Notes: a model not told the origin generated them from the sequence alone. A DNA stretch of 64,000 nt from an uncultured Spirochaetota bacterium (GCA_963734545.1 CAVTHO010000004.1:256001-320000); one strand, 5' to 3'; shown: positions 19,652 through 31,220, counted from the stretch's first letter. Numbers and translations are program-made.

Positions 19652-21054
19652 CTATTTCCAGGCGCCCCCGCGGGCCGCGCGCTTGAGGTAGTTCCCGCGC
19701 CCCGCCTTCCCGAGGAACTCCTGCCCGTCCACGATCACCTCTCCCCGTGAAAGCACCATCCGCGCGTTGCCGCGCACCTGGAAGCCCTCGAACATCGAGT
19801 AGTCCACCTTCATGTGGTGCGTGCTCGCGCTGATGGTGTACGGAGCCTTGGCGTCCCAGATCACGAGGTCCGCGTCGCTGCCCGGCGCGATCTCCCCCTT
19901 CTGCGGGGATACATGCCGAAGATCCGGGCCGGCGTGGTGGAGGTCAGCTCCACGAACCGGTTGAGCGTGATCTTTCCCGAGTTCACGCCGTGGTGGTGGA
20001 TGAGCTGCAGCCGATTCTCGATGCCCGGGCCGCCGTTGGGGATCTTCGTGAAATCGTCCTTGCCCAGGATCTTCTGGTCCTTGAAGCAGAACGGGCAGTG
20101 ATCGGTGGACACCACCTGCAGGTGGTCGTTCTTGAGACCGTCCCAGAGCTTCGGCTGGTGCTCCTTGGGCCGCAGCGGCGGCGTGAACACGTACTTTGCC
20201 CCTTCGAAGTTCGGCCGCGCCAGCTCGTCCTGGGACAGGAGCAGGTACTGGGGACAGGTCTCCGCAAAGGCCGGCACGCCCCGGTCACGCGCCTCGCGCA
20301 CCTCGTTCAGCGCGTCTTCCGAGGAGAGGTGCACGATGTACACGGGCACGCCGGCGATCTCCGCCATGGCGATGGCCCGGTGCACGGCCTCCGCCTCGGC
20401 CCGGGGCGGGCGGGTCAGCGCGTGGTAGATGGGCGCGGTCTTTCCTTCCGCGAGGGCGCGGGCCACGATGACGTCGATGACGCTGCCGTTTTCCGCGTGC
20501 ATGCAGACGAGCGCGCCGTTCTTCGCGGTCTGGGAGAGGGCCTTGAAGATGGTGGCGTCGTCCACCATGAGCACGTTGGGATACGCCATGAACAGCTTGA
20601 AGCTGGCCACGCCCTCTCTCACCATGTCGTCCATGTCTTCCAGGCCGGAGGAGCCGAGGTCGGTGATGATCATGTGCAGGCCGTAGTCGATGGCGGCGCC
20701 GTGCCCTCCGCCTTCTTCCACCAGGTGTCCAGGGCGTCGCGCATGCGGGTGCCGCGCGCCTGGATGGCGAAGTCCACGATGCGTCGTGGTGCCCCCGAAA
20801 GCCGCGGCGCGCGTGCCGGTTTCGAAATCGTCCGCGGACGTGGTGCCGCCGAACGGCATGTCCAGGTGCGTGTGCGCATCGATCCCGCCGGGGATCACGT
20901 ACATCCCCCTGGCGTCGATCACCTTCTCCGCGGACCGGGCGGGGATCCCGCGCCCGCACCTCCTTGATGTGCTCGCCCTCGATCAGGACGTCCGCCGTTC
21001 TTGTCTCCTTCGGCGGTGACAACGGTTGCCGCCCTGAATCAGCGTGTTTCCCAT
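19652..21054 (-). CDS. hydA: Dihydropyrimidinase/D-hydantoinase, several frameshifts
   Basis: PGGIDAHTH, SFKLFMAY, HAENG, VHLS, STDHCPF, IPNGGPG spread over ORFs 19652-19864, 19861-20922 and 20285-21022. Confidence 0.88.
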
Positions 21055-21064
21055 GTCTCCCTCT

Positions 21065-22445
21065 TTATTGTCCCGGTTTGCTGTAGACGCGCCCTGCCGT
21101 GCGCTGCTCCCAGCTTTCGCTTCGGTTTGCCCGTCTCCACCTTCTCCATCGTGATGCACTCTTCCACCGGGCAGACCAGGGAGCAGAGATTGCAGCCGAC
21201 GCACTCCTCCTCGTCCACGTGAGGAACGTGGGGAGCGGCCGCGGCGCCGTTTCCGTTGCCCCCGCGCGCCTGGTCGAGCTTGGCGATGGGCGTCACCGTG
21301 ATGCTCTGCCTGGTCCGCGCTTCACGCGACAGCGGGAGGCTCCGCGAGCCTCGTCGTGGTGGATGCACTGGTGCGCCCCGTCCCAGCAGGCAATGTAGCA
21401 CAGGTCGCATCCGATGCACTTGTCCGGGTCGATGCGCGCAACGATCTTGTAGTTCAGGTCGAGGTGCTTCCACTCCTTCATCCGGGGCATGCGTGCGGCC
21501 GCGGAAATCCTCGAGGGTCCGGATAGCCCTTCTCGTCCATCCAGTTGGAAAGTCCGTCGATCATGTCTTCCACGATCCGGTAGCCGTAGTGCATGACGGC
21601 CGTGCAGACCTGCACGTTGCCGCAGCCCAGGAGGATGAACTCCGCCGCCTCCCGCCAGCCGGCAATGCCGCCGATCCCGGAGATGGGGAGCGCCACCTCC
21701 GGGTCCGAGGCGATCTGCTGGACCAGGTGCAGGGCGATGGGCTTGACCGCCGGGCCGCAGTAGCCGCCGTGCGCGGACAGGCCGCCCACGTTCGGCCGCG
21801 GGATCAGCGTGTCGAGGTCGATCCCGGTGATCGAGTTGATCGTGTTGATCGCCGAAAGGCGCGTCCGCGCCGCCCTTCTGTGCCGCGCGCGCCACCAGCG
21901 CGGATGTCCGTCACGTTCGGAGTGAGCTTCACCATGACCGGCGTGTGCGCCGCCTCCTTGGCCCACTCGGTGATCATGCAGGAGTATTCGGGCACCTGCC
22001 CGACCGCGGCGCCCATGCCGCGCTCGCTCATGCCGTGCGGGCAGCCGAAGTTCAGCTCCAGGCCGTCCGCGCCCGCGTCCTCGGCGCGCTTGACGATGTC
22101 GTGCCAGACCTCCCGCTTGGACTCCACCATCAGGGAGGCGATGACGGCGTGCTTCGGGTAGCGCTTCTTGACCTCGGCGATCTCGCGCAGGTTGTCTTCG
22201 ACGGGGCGGTCGGAGATCAGCTCGATGTTGTTCAGCCCCATCATCCGCTGGCCGTTCCAGTCCACCGAGGAGTAGCGGGAGGCAGTGTTCACCACCGGCT
22301 CGCCGATGGTCTTCCACACGGCGCCGCCCCACCCCGCGTCGAACGCGCGCATGATCTGCTCGCCGGTGTTGGTGGGAGGCGCGGAGGCCAGCCAGAACGG
22401 GTTCGGGGAGCGGATGCCCATGAAGACCGTGTTGAGGTCAGCCAT
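21065..22445 (-). CDS. preA: NAD-dependent dihydropyrimidine dehydrogenase subunit PreA, several frameshifts
   Basis: NPFWLASAPPT, LNNIELIS, ELNFGCPHGMSERGMG, KLTPN, INTINS, GGYCGPAVKP, two 4Fe-4S motifs (CIGCDLC, CVGCNLC); exact 3' end uncertain. Confidence 0.88.
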
Positions 22446-23794
22446 CGAACGTCCACCCTCCGGAGCCTCTGCGCGAATGGCCTGGGCCGGCCGCCCTTTG
22501 CCGTCCGCCACCGCGTCCACGACCTCGCGGCCGCCGTTCACGCAGTCCCCGCCGGCGAAGTACCGCGGATTCGCGGTCCGGCCCGTGGGACGATCCACGG
22601 CGATCGGCCCTCCTGTCGATGCTGATTCCCCGTGACGTGCTGCAGCAGCTCCAGGAACCGTGACTGGCCCAGCGCGGGGATGACCATGTCGCAGGCAAAG
22701 TCGAACTCGGAGCCCGGCACCGGTTCGGCGTTCCGCCGCCCGCTTGCGTCGGGGGCGCCGAGGCGCGGTCTGCACGAACCTGACGCCCGCCGCATGGCCA
22801 TCCTGGCCGCGAGTATCTCCACCGGCTGCGCCAGCCAGTGGAAACTGCACTCCTTCGACTCTTTGCGTGCTCGTACTCGAAGGGAAAGGCAGGCATCTCC
22901 TTCTCGGTCCGGCGGTAGAAGAGATGGACTTCCTCCGCGCCCAGCCGGCGCGCCGCGTTCGCCGCGTCGATGGCGGTGTTGCCCCCGCCTATGACGGCCA
23001 CGCGCTTCCCGACGGGAAGATCCGGCTGCGTCTTGTAGCGCTCGATGAAGTGAAGCGCATCGATCACGCCGCGGGCGTCCTCCCCCGGAATGCCCAGCAT
23101 GTCCATGGCGCCCAGTCCCAGCCGAGGAAGATGTAGGCGTACTCACGTCTCCAGGGTGTCCAGGGGGACATCCTTGCCGACCTCCGCGCGGCGGAACTCC
23201 ACGCCCATGTCCCGGACCATCTCGACCTCCCGCAGGCTGTCGGACGGGCGCAGCTTGTACTCCGCCACCCCGTAGGTGGCCAGACCGCCCGGCAAGGGGC
23301 GGTTGTCGAAGACGGTCACTGCGAAACCCTGCTGCCGGAGCTCGGCGGCGCAGGCAAGCGAGGCCGGGCCCCCGCCGATGCAGGCTACCTTCTCCGGGTG
23401 TCGTGACCGGGACAGGCGTGCCCGGCTTTCTCTTCTCATGGAAATCCTCCATGGCGAAGCGCTGCAGCCGGCCGATCTCTATCGGCTTCTTGTTGTACCG
23501 GTGCATGACGCACGCGCCCTCGCAGAGGACCTCCACGGGACACGCGCGGGAGCAGCTCATGCCCAGGATGTTCGCGTCCAGGATGGTCCGCGCAGAGCCC
23601 CGCACGTTGCCGCTGGCGATCTTCTTGATGAAGCGCGGCACGTCGATGTGCGTGGGGCAGGCGTCCATGCAGGGCGCGTCGAAGCAGCCCAGGCATCGAT
23701 TCGCCTCGGTGACGGCGGATTTCGAATCCAGCGCAGGGTGCAGGTCAGCAAAACGCTCGAGATTTCGTTCGAGGGGAAGCCCCGGATCGCTCAT
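22438..23794 (-). CDS. preT: NAD-dependent dihydropyrimidine dehydrogenase subunit PreT (GltD-like), several frameshifts
   Basis: RCLGCFDAPCMDACPT, CSRACPVEVLCEGAC, IGGGPASL, VIGGGNTAID, FAGGDCVNGG. Confidence 0.85.
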
Positions 23795-23947
23795 GTCGTG
23801 CTCCTCGCGGGTCCGAAGATGTGATGCACCCTACTATAGTAATCACGCGGCGCGGGAGCGGAAACTAAAATGCCGCGGCCGGCGGAGGTGCGCCGTACCG
23901 TTCGGCGAATGCGCCGTGCGGGGGGGCGCCGTACCGCGGCCGCGATA

Positions 23948-24703
23948 TCAGCCGGGCTTGGTGGCACGATGAAATCCGAGCGTGCCGGCAAACAGCGTCC
24001 TGACGGCGACGCTCCGGAAGCCCTGGGCGCGCAGCAGGCCGGACAGCTCATCGGCGGAGTAGAACATCTCGAGCGCGTTTATGAAATACGTCCGCGCGCC
24101 CAGGGCGGTCGGCCCGCTTCCGAACAGAACGGCGGTGAACGAGAGGCAGAACCGCAGGTAGCCATGATAGAGCTTCTCCACGACCCGGTTGCGGGGGCGC
24201 AGCATGTCGCAATGATAGAAGCGGCCGCCGGGCTTGAGCACCCGGAAAACCTCGTCGAAGACGCGTCGGATGCGCAGGTGGCGGGACGCCCATTGCAGCG
24301 TGATGACGTCGAAGTGATTATCCGGGAAAGGGAGCTCGTGCACGTCACCTATGAGGCTCTGGATATGAAATCCTCGTGCCTCCGCTCGAGAGAGCCCCAC
24401 TTCCTGCATGGCCACGCTTCGGTCGATGGCCAGGACCTCGAGGCCCGGCTCGCGCTGGAGGAGCGCAATCCCGACTGCATTGGTGCCGGCGCAGACATCA
24501 AGCACACGCTGCCCGGACCGCACGTCGATTGTCGCCATGAATCTTCCCAGGATCCAGTTCCACAGCCCGAGACTGGCGACAAGATTCGCGCGGTCGTAAT
24601 AGGGGGCAACGTCGGCAAACACCTTGTCGAGCTGCCTCGTCCAGACCGTATCGAAACGCCGTTGACGCGCCTGTTCGCGCGTCGCAAGAGGCGGAGGACT
24701 CAT
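23948..24703 (-). CDS. Class I SAM-dependent methyltransferase, UbiE/MenG-like
   Basis: FADVAPYYDRAN, VLDVCAGT, LPFPDNHFD, RVLKPGG. Confidence 0.85.
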   Translation of the reverse strand: MSPPPLATREQARQRRFDTVWTRQLDKVFADVAPYYDRANLVASLGLWNWILGRFMATIDVRSGQRVLDVCAGTNAVGIALLQREPGLEVLAIDRSVAMQEVGLSRAEARGFHIQSLIGDVHELPFPDNHFDVITLQWASRHLRIRRVFDEVFRVLKPGGRFYHCDMLRPRNRVVEKLYHGYLRFCLSFTAVLFGSGPTALGARTYFINALEMFYSADELSGLLRAQGFRSVAVRTLFAGTLGFHRATKPG

Positions 24704-24914
24704 TGTACAAACCTTCCTGGCGGCTCCCGACACGGCGCACAGGGCCCGTCGCGCGGTCTTCCCGCCGGAAAACAACAAAAGATATTGCTCCTGTCTCCGA
24801 CGGTCAACCGAGGGTGCCGTGCGCACGCAGAGCTCCTTGTGGCACGGCAGGACGCCCGTCCTGCCGAGGCCCCCGGCGGGCGCCCCTGCGCTGCCCCCTC
24901 GCCACCGCTCCCGC

Positions 24915-24969
24915 TTGACGGCTGGGCGAAACAGGGATACATTTCAATCAAGTTTATGTCATAAACTTG
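24915..24969 (+). promoter_or_regulatory. Sigma-70 promoter followed by a perfect 10-1-10 palindromic operator
   Basis: TTGACG-N17-TACATT at 24915-24943; CAAGTTTATG-T-CATAAACTTG at 24949-24969. Confidence 0.75.
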
Positions 24970-24983
24970 TTTATGGAGGCGCC

Positions 24984-25690
24984 ATGAATACGACAGATCT
25001 GGATACGCTCCTTCGCGACGTGGAGGAGCTGCGCCGCGCGGTAAGGCGGAACAGCCCGTTCCTGCGTGAAGTGATTTCCTCGCGCCTCTTCGCCGCCTAC
25101 GCGCTGGCGCTCGGCCTCGCAATAGCGGCGTTCTGCCTGGCGAGCCAGATCCTCATCGGGTGGTACGGCTCCTTTCCCGCCATCCCGCCTGCATGGAAGA
25201 CCGGCTTCTGGCTGGCCCTCGCGGTGCTGGGCGCCGCGGCAGTGATCAGCAAGCCACTGATCCTCGGACGGCGCGCCGCCGAAGTGGATACGCGCGCCAC
25301 GTTCATCACGGTCGTCAAGGTGCTGTATGGCGGTCTGGTCTCCAATATCTACGCCCCGGCCTTCCTCTGCATGGCGGCTGCGTCGATCTTCGCCGTGACC
25401 ATCGGCCATCCCTGGTACATTGTTCCGGCTGTCGCCGTCTTTTACACTTTCGCGGCCAATGGCGTCGGCCTTTTCGTGCAGCGTCCCGAGTATTTCGCCT
25501 CGGGCTGGTATTCACTGGTCGCCGGGATCGCATCCGTCTTTTTCCTGGAAAGAGTACCCTTTATCTGGACGGCAGTTGTGGCCGCGGAATGAGCCTGGTC
25601 TTCGGCATGGTCTCTCTCATCTGGGGCGGCGGGCGCCGCAGGAGCGGTGACAGCGCTGAACCGTCCCATGCCGGGCCGGGGAAGAGATGA
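24984..25690 (+). CDS. Hypothetical multi-TM membrane protein, frameshift near 25588
   Basis: GGAGG RBS; about 6 hydrophobic segments; C-terminus continues in the frame ending at 25690, overlapping the next ATG. Confidence 0.65.
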
Positions 25691-26073
25691 GCGCGAAGGA
25701 GAGCTCGGGCCGCAGGGAGCGCGCCCTCTCCGGGCTGGAGCTGGATCGCGTGATCCACGAACGGGCGCGGCTCGTTCTGCTCACGTACCTGGCCTCCTCG
25801 GACCGGGCCGAAACGAGCTTCACGGAGCTCAGGGACAATCTCGGCTTCACGGCGGGAAACCTCTCCGTGCAGCTCAGGACGCTCGAGGAGGCAGGCTACG
25901 TGAAGATCGACAAGCGGTTTGTCGCCCACAAGCCCTTGACGGGTGTGAGGCTTACCGTGAAGGGAGAAAAGGCAATCACGGCATACCTGGGAAACCTGGA
26001 AGTGATCGTGACGGCCCTTCGCGGCGGAGCGCCGGCGAGAGCGTCCGGGGGGGCTCACCGGACAGGTGAATGA
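25687..26073 (+). CDS. Winged-helix transcriptional regulator (ArsR/MarR-like)
   Basis: LDRVIHERARL, FTELRD, TAGNLSVQLRTLEEAGYV. Confidence 0.88.
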   Translation: MSAKESSGRRERALSGLELDRVIHERARLVLLTYLASSDRAETSFTELRDNLGFTAGNLSVQLRTLEEAGYVKIDKRFVAHKPLTGVRLTVKGEKAITAYLGNLEVIVTALRGGAPARASGGAHRTGE

Positions 26074-26084
26074 GGAGGAGCAGC

Positions 26085-26792
26085 ATGGCGGTATTGCATC
26101 TGGAAAAAATCACGCGCGTCTATCGCAAGGGAGACAACGAGGTGCGCGCGCTGGATGGCGTCGACCTCGACATCGAGGCCGGGGAATTCCTGACCGTGGT
26201 GGGGCCTTCGGGCTCGGGAAAGACGACATTCCTCAACATCCTGGGCTGCCTCGACTCACCCACCGAGGGGCGTATCGTGTACGACGGGACCGAGCTGCAG
26301 GGGCTCGGAGAGAAAGGAAGATCGGCCTACCGGCGGGAGCGGATCAGCTTCGTCTTCCAGTCCTACAATCTCATTCCTGTCCTCACCGTGCGGGAGAATG
26401 TCGAGCTTCCGCTGGTGATTGAACGGAGGCTGGATACCGCGGAAATCCGCCGCCGCGCCGAGGAGATGATCGCCGCGGTGGGCCTTGCCGGGATGGAGAA
26501 CCGCTTTCCCCGCGAGCTCTCCGGCGGGCAGGAGCAGCGGGTTGCCATTGCCCGCGCGCTGGTGAAACGGCCGCTCGTCATTCTTGCGGACGAGCCCACG
26601 GCGAACCTGGACTCGCACACCGCGGAGGAGATCGTGGAGCTCATGCGCGGCATCAATGCCGCAAGGGGCAGCACGTTCGTGTTCTCCACCCACGACCGGC
26701 TGGTCATGGAGCACGCGCGGCGTGTGGTGACCATCCGCGACGGCCACGTGACCGCGGACGAACGTAAAAGTCCGCCTTTGGCGGCGCCATGA
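26085..26792 (+). CDS. ABC transporter ATP-binding protein (LolD/MacB-like)
   Basis: GPSGSGKT, LSGGQEQRV, ILADEPTANLD, STHD. Confidence 0.93.
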   Translation: MAVLHLEKITRVYRKGDNEVRALDGVDLDIEAGEFLTVVGPSGSGKTTFLNILGCLDSPTEGRIVYDGTELQGLGEKGRSAYRRERISFVFQSYNLIPVLTVRENVELPLVIERRLDTAEIRRRAEEMIAAVGLAGMENRFPRELSGGQEQRVAIARALVKRPLVILADEPTANLDSHTAEEIVELMRGINAARGSTFVFSTHDRLVMEHARRVVTIRDGHVTADERKSPPLAAP

Positions 26793-26808
26793 TCCGCCTT
26801 CGGCGGCG
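26771..26808. repeat. Two REP-like hairpins TCCGCCTTYGGCGGCG
   Basis: Same unit as the 53052-53112 repeats; straddles the ATPase stop codon. Confidence 0.7.
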
Positions 26809-26819
26809 GGGAAATAGGC

Positions 26820-28076
26820 ATGGGTACCCTCTGGAAAATCGCGCTGCGCAACACGATCCGGCACGCGCGGCGGACCATCATCACCGCGGTGGTGATGATG
26901 GGCGGCATTGCCGTCTTCATCTTCTACGATTCCCTGCTGGCAGGCATGGACCGCATGGCAGTGGATACAATGGAGAACTACACGCTTTCCTCGCTGAAGA
27001 TCCGGACCCCTGCCTATGTGCGGGACATCCAGGGCGCGCCGCTGGACAAGGGTCTGGCCCATCCCGAGGAGACTCTTTCCGCGGTGACCGCGCTGGGCCT
27101 GCAGGCCGCGCCGCGGATCCGGTTCGTGGCCAGGCTCTCCAACTACACCGACGAGATCCCGGTTCTGGCCGATGCGGTGGACCCTGCCGCGGACCCCAAG
27201 GTATTCAAGCTCGCCCAGGCCGTCACGGAGGGTGCCTGGCTCTCGCGCGCCGCGTCCCGTTCCGTCGTGCTCGGAGCGGAGCTGGCACACGAGCTTTCAG
27301 TGAAACCGGGTGACACGGTGCTCGTCGCGGCGCAGACCGTGCATGACGCCACGAACGCGGACGAATACACCGTGGCGGGCCTCCTGAGCACGCCGGCACC
27401 AGAGATCAACCGGGCCGGGCTCTTCATGCCGCTGGATGACGCGCGTGCTCTCCTGGACACCCCGGCGGGCCCGGACGCGCTCGTGACCGAGGTGGACGTT
27501 GCCCTTCCCCGGGCACCCAGCCTGGCCGCGGCGCTCGCGCAGGGGGAGGCCGCCGCGTCACGCCTGCGGGCCGCGCTGCCGGAGGAGCGTGTGGACCCGA
27601 TCGGGTCCCTCGCGGAAGGCTACCTCGCGCTCCGAAACGCCAAGGCGAGCTATTCGCTGATACCCGTGATCATCGTGCTCATGATCGCCGCTGTCGGCAT
27701 CGTGAACACCATCCTCATGTCTGTTTTCTCACGGATCAGGGAAATCGGAATCCTGCGGGCATACGGCATGACGGCGCGCGACATCAAACGGCTCTTCACC
27801 CTGGAGGGGCTGGCACTCGGGCTGGCCGGCTCCACCCTTGGCGTGGCGCTCGGGGCGGCCCTGGATCTCCTCCTCGTCGTACGGGGGTTGAGCATGAGCG
27901 CCATCTCGAACAGCCTCGGATCGCTTCCGATCTCCGGCGTCCTGCACGGCGAGTGGAACCCGAAGACCATGCTCATCGGCTTCCTGTTCGGGATCGTTGT
28001 GTCCCTGATCGCCGCGCGCATCCCCGCGCGCCGGGCCGCGCGCCTTCAGCCGACCGATGCGCTCAGGTTCCAGTAG
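26820..28076 (+). CDS. FtsX/LolE-like ABC permease
   Basis: IALRN..RRT N-terminus, RIREIGILRAYG, PARRAARLQP C-terminus. Confidence 0.9.
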   Translation: MGTLWKIALRNTIRHARRTIITAVVMMGGIAVFIFYDSLLAGMDRMAVDTMENYTLSSLKIRTPAYVRDIQGAPLDKGLAHPEETLSAVTALGLQAAPRIRFVARLSNYTDEIPVLADAVDPAADPKVFKLAQAVTEGAWLSRAASRSVVLGAELAHELSVKPGDTVLVAAQTVHDATNADEYTVAGLLSTPAPEINRAGLFMPLDDARALLDTPAGPDALVTEVDVALPRAPSLAAALAQGEAAASRLRAALPEERVDPIGSLAEGYLALRNAKASYSLIPVIIVLMIAAVGIVNTILMSVFSRIREIGILRAYGMTARDIKRLFTLEGLALGLAGSTLGVALGAALDLLLVVRGLSMSAISNSLGSLPISGVLHGEWNPKTMLIGFLFGIVVSLIAARIPARRAARLQPTDALRFQ

Positions 28077-28088
28077 GAGGAAGTCGTC

Positions 28089-29336
28089 ATGAACGTGCTC
28101 GGCATGGCTGTCCGCAACCTCGGACGCAACCGCCGTCGAACCTTCCTCGCCGTGCTCTCCGTGCTCATCGCCATCACCCTGGTGGTCTTCATGGACGGGC
28201 TCATCGGCGGATTCATGGACTCGATGGCGCGCAACTTCACCAAGAACGAGACGGGTCACGTGAGCGTGACGACCTCCGAGTACCGTGCCCGGGAGCGGTT
28301 CATGCCCGCCTCCGTCGCGATGCCGGACTCTGACGCGGCTGAGAAAGCCATCCGCTCGACCCCCGGGCTGGAAGGACGCATCGTGCTGGTCGCCCCCCGG
28401 GCGCTCTTTGGTGTCGTGCTGTCCTCCGCTTCGGCCACGAAGGCCGCCCGGGGGATCGGCGGCGACCCCGATGGGGAGAAACACCTCCTCATGCTGAACC
28501 GGGCGCTCCTGCCGGGCAGCGCGTACCTCGATCCGCGCGGAGGCACCACCATCCTGGGCGCGAAGCTGGCCGAGGACCTGGGACTGAAAGTGGGGGACAC
28601 GCTGAAGGTCGTCACTGAGAAGGCGGACTACGGGATGGGCTTCAAGAAGTTCAGGATCGTCGGTGTCTTCCGCACGAGAGTGGATACCTTCGATGCATCG
28701 ACCTTCCTGGTAAGCCTTGCGGATGCGCGGGAGCTTCTCGGGCTGGGCAAGGGGGCGTCGCAGATCCTCGTGATGCTCAAGGACTACAGGGACTCGGATG
28801 CAGCGGCAAAGCTCATTTCGACCCATCTTGCGTCCGGCGGCCTCGGAAAACTCTCCGTGCAGAGCTGGACGTCCCTCGGAGACACCGCGGCGCTCATCAC
28901 GATGTCGGGGAGGATCTACTTCTGGGCGGAAATCGTCGTGGCGTTCCTCGGGGCGTTCATCATCGCCAACATCATGATGATGGTCGTTCTGGAGCGGCGG
29001 CGGGAGATCGGCGTCCTGAAATCCATGGGCATGGAAGGGCCGCGGATCCTGCGTCTCTTTCTCGCTGAGGGGATATTTCTCGGTGTCATCGGCTCCGCGG
29101 TCGGGTCGATTTTCGGGACCGCGCTGAACGCGTGGCTTTCCGTGAAGGGGCTGGATTTCAGCTCGAGCGTCTCGGGCAGCGGCATCGCGATGGACAACGT
29201 CATCTACACCGGCGTGCATCCGCTCAACGTCATCCTGCTCTTCACGCTCGGGGTGGCGGTTTCCGCAGTCGTGTCTTTCCTGCCGTCCCGCAGCGCGGCG
29301 CGAATGGACCCTATTGAAGCGATACGGTCGGTGTAG
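28089..29336 (+). CDS. FtsX/LolE-like ABC permease
   Basis: RNLGRNRRRT, ERRREIGVLKSMG, PSRSAARMDPIEAIR. Confidence 0.9.
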   Translation: MNVLGMAVRNLGRNRRRTFLAVLSVLIAITLVVFMDGLIGGFMDSMARNFTKNETGHVSVTTSEYRARERFMPASVAMPDSDAAEKAIRSTPGLEGRIVLVAPRALFGVVLSSASATKAARGIGGDPDGEKHLLMLNRALLPGSAYLDPRGGTTILGAKLAEDLGLKVGDTLKVVTEKADYGMGFKKFRIVGVFRTRVDTFDASTFLVSLADARELLGLGKGASQILVMLKDYRDSDAAAKLISTHLASGGLGKLSVQSWTSLGDTAALITMSGRIYFWAEIVVAFLGAFIIANIMMMVVLERRREIGVLKSMGMEGPRILRLFLAEGIFLGVIGSAVGSIFGTALNAWLSVKGLDFSSSVSGSGIAMDNVIYTGVHPLNVILLFTLGVAVSAVVSFLPSRSAARMDPIEAIRSV

Positions 29337-29347
29337 GAGGTGAGGTC

Positions 29348-30091
29348 ATGAGAGCGTTCAGATCAGCGTCGCTGGCCGTCGTGCTTGCGGGATTTGCGGC
29401 AGCGGCAGCCCCGGGACAATCGGTGGAAGAGATCCTTGCAAGGCTCGACGCGAACATCTCGTATGAGAGCATCCGATACAGCGGGCGGATGGAAATCACG
29501 GTGGGCGGGGAAACCCGGTACAAGACCATGGACGTGGCTGCAAAGGGAACGGAGAAGGCGTTTGTCGAATTCACAAATCCCGAGGACAGGGGAACCCGGT
29601 ATCTGAAGCTCGACAAGAACCTCTGGATCTACTTTCCGAAAGAACAGGACACGGTGAAGATCTCCGGCCACCTGCTCAAGGAAGGGATGATGGGCTCCGA
29701 CGTCTCCTACGAGGACGCCCTCGAATCAGCGGACTACAGGGCCCGGTATTCTCCCGCCCTCAAGGGCGAGGATACCGTGAACGGGCGGCGCTGCTATATC
29801 GTGGAGCTCAGCGCAAAGGTGCCGACCGCCTCCTATGACAGGCAGCTTCTCTGGATCGACGCGGAGCGGTACGTGAGGCTCAGGTCCGAGATGTACGCCA
29901 GGTCGGGAAAGCTTCTCAAGGTGGGTACGACGCTCGATGTGGTTCGCCTGGGGGACCGCTGGTTCCCCGCGCGCACCGAGCTCGTATCGAAGCTTCGCCA
30001 CAACACCAGGACCGTGTTCAGCATGGACAAGATCGACATCGGGGCCGTTGTCGACGAACGCCAGTTTTCCCTGGCAGCGCTGTCCAGGTAA
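29348..30091 (+). CDS. Outer-membrane lipoprotein-sorting (LolA-like) protein
   Basis: Signal peptide; FTNPEDRGTRYL, LWIYFP, MMGSDVSYED. Confidence 0.85.
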   Translation: MRAFRSASLAVVLAGFAAAAAPGQSVEEILARLDANISYESIRYSGRMEITVGGETRYKTMDVAAKGTEKAFVEFTNPEDRGTRYLKLDKNLWIYFPKEQDTVKISGHLLKEGMMGSDVSYEDALESADYRARYSPALKGEDTVNGRRCYIVELSAKVPTASYDRQLLWIDAERYVRLRSEMYARSGKLLKVGTTLDVVRLGDRWFPARTELVSKLRHNTRTVFSMDKIDIGAVVDERQFSLAALSR

Positions 30092-30101
30092 GGCGGCTGC
30101 C

Positions 30102-31220
30102 ATGAACCGACGAAAAGTCATGAGAGCCGCGGCCGCCGCTCTGACCGCCGGGATGATGACCGTTCCGGCCTGGGCCGAGGACCCGGCATCCTGGAGCCTG
30201 GGCGGATCCGTGGCCGCACAACCCTATGCAACCTATGCCGGCAACGGATCCATCGAAGCCGCGGACTTCTCATACGGCTCAACCACGACGCTCGGCCTCG
30301 ACCTGCGCGCCCGGGGCGAGCGCGCCCGGGCCGAGGCCTCGGCAGAGGCAGCGGTGCTGACAGGCGCATCGGCCCAGGCTGCCTGGGCCGCCTCGGCAGC
30401 CGGTCTTGCGCGGCCTGACGAGCTCCTTGTCCCCGGGACCGCACCTGCCGCGCCTGCGGCGGAAACCCTCGTGGCCTTCAGGCTTCGCACTCTCTACCTC
30501 AAGCTCGATCTCGACTGGGCTTCGCTGACCGCGGGTCGCCAGGTGATCAACTACAACCGCGGAGCCCTCTGGAGCCCGACCGACCTCTTCAACGAGCTCG
30601 ACCTGACAGGCCTCTCGCCGGTCCGGCTGGGCAGCGATGCGCTTCGCGCGTCTGTCCCCCTGGGCGCCACGGCCGGCTTCGATCTCGCGGCGGCTCCCAC
30701 AGCCGCGCCGGCTGACGGACGCTACTCCGCGCGGCTGTCAGGCCTCGTTGCCGGTATTGACGGCGCACTCACCGCGGCCCGGGCCGGGAAAAGCTGGATG
30801 TTCGGCGCGGACTTCAAGGCCGACATCGAGGTCGGTATCTACGGGGACGTCGCCTACGCGCTGCCGGACTCGGGTCAGGCAGGCGCGCTTCGCGCGGCGG
30901 CCGGGGCCGACTGGTCCATTGGTGACTTTGTCATGGCAGCCGAGTACTACTACAACGGAGGCGGTGTCGAGGCAGACCCCCTGTTTCCCGGCACGCATAA
31001 CCTCTATGCGTCCCTCGTCTGGAATGCGACCGAGCTTTTCAGCCTTTCGGGGAATGTCATCCTGGATATCACGGACGGCTCGGGCACGGCCCTGCTTCTC
31101 GGATCCCTCAGCGCGGCCCAGAATGCCACGTTCCAGGCCTATCTCAAAGCCGGCTACAACCCGGCAGCGGCCGCGCGGGCGAGCCTGCAGGCAGGGCTGA
31201 ACATCGAGGTGAAGTTCTAA
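30102..31220 (+). CDS. Hypothetical exported protein, probable outer-membrane beta-barrel
   Basis: Signal peptide (PAWA), LRTLYL..TAGRQ..WSPTD motif, C-terminal aromatic residue (EVKF). Confidence 0.7.
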   Translation: MNRRKVMRAAAAALTAGMMTVPAWAEDPASWSLGGSVAAQPYATYAGNGSIEAADFSYGSTTTLGLDLRARGERARAEASAEAAVLTGASAQAAWAASAAGLARPDELLVPGTAPAAPAAETLVAFRLRTLYLKLDLDWASLTAGRQVINYNRGALWSPTDLFNELDLTGLSPVRLGSDALRASVPLGATAGFDLAAAPTAAPADGRYSARLSGLVAGIDGALTAARAGKSWMFGADFKADIEVGIYGDVAYALPDSGQAGALRAAAGADWSIGDFVMAAEYYYNGGGVEADPLFPGTHNLYASLVWNATELFSLSGNVILDITDGSGTALLLGSLSAAQNATFQAYLKAGYNPAAAARASLQAGLNIEVKF

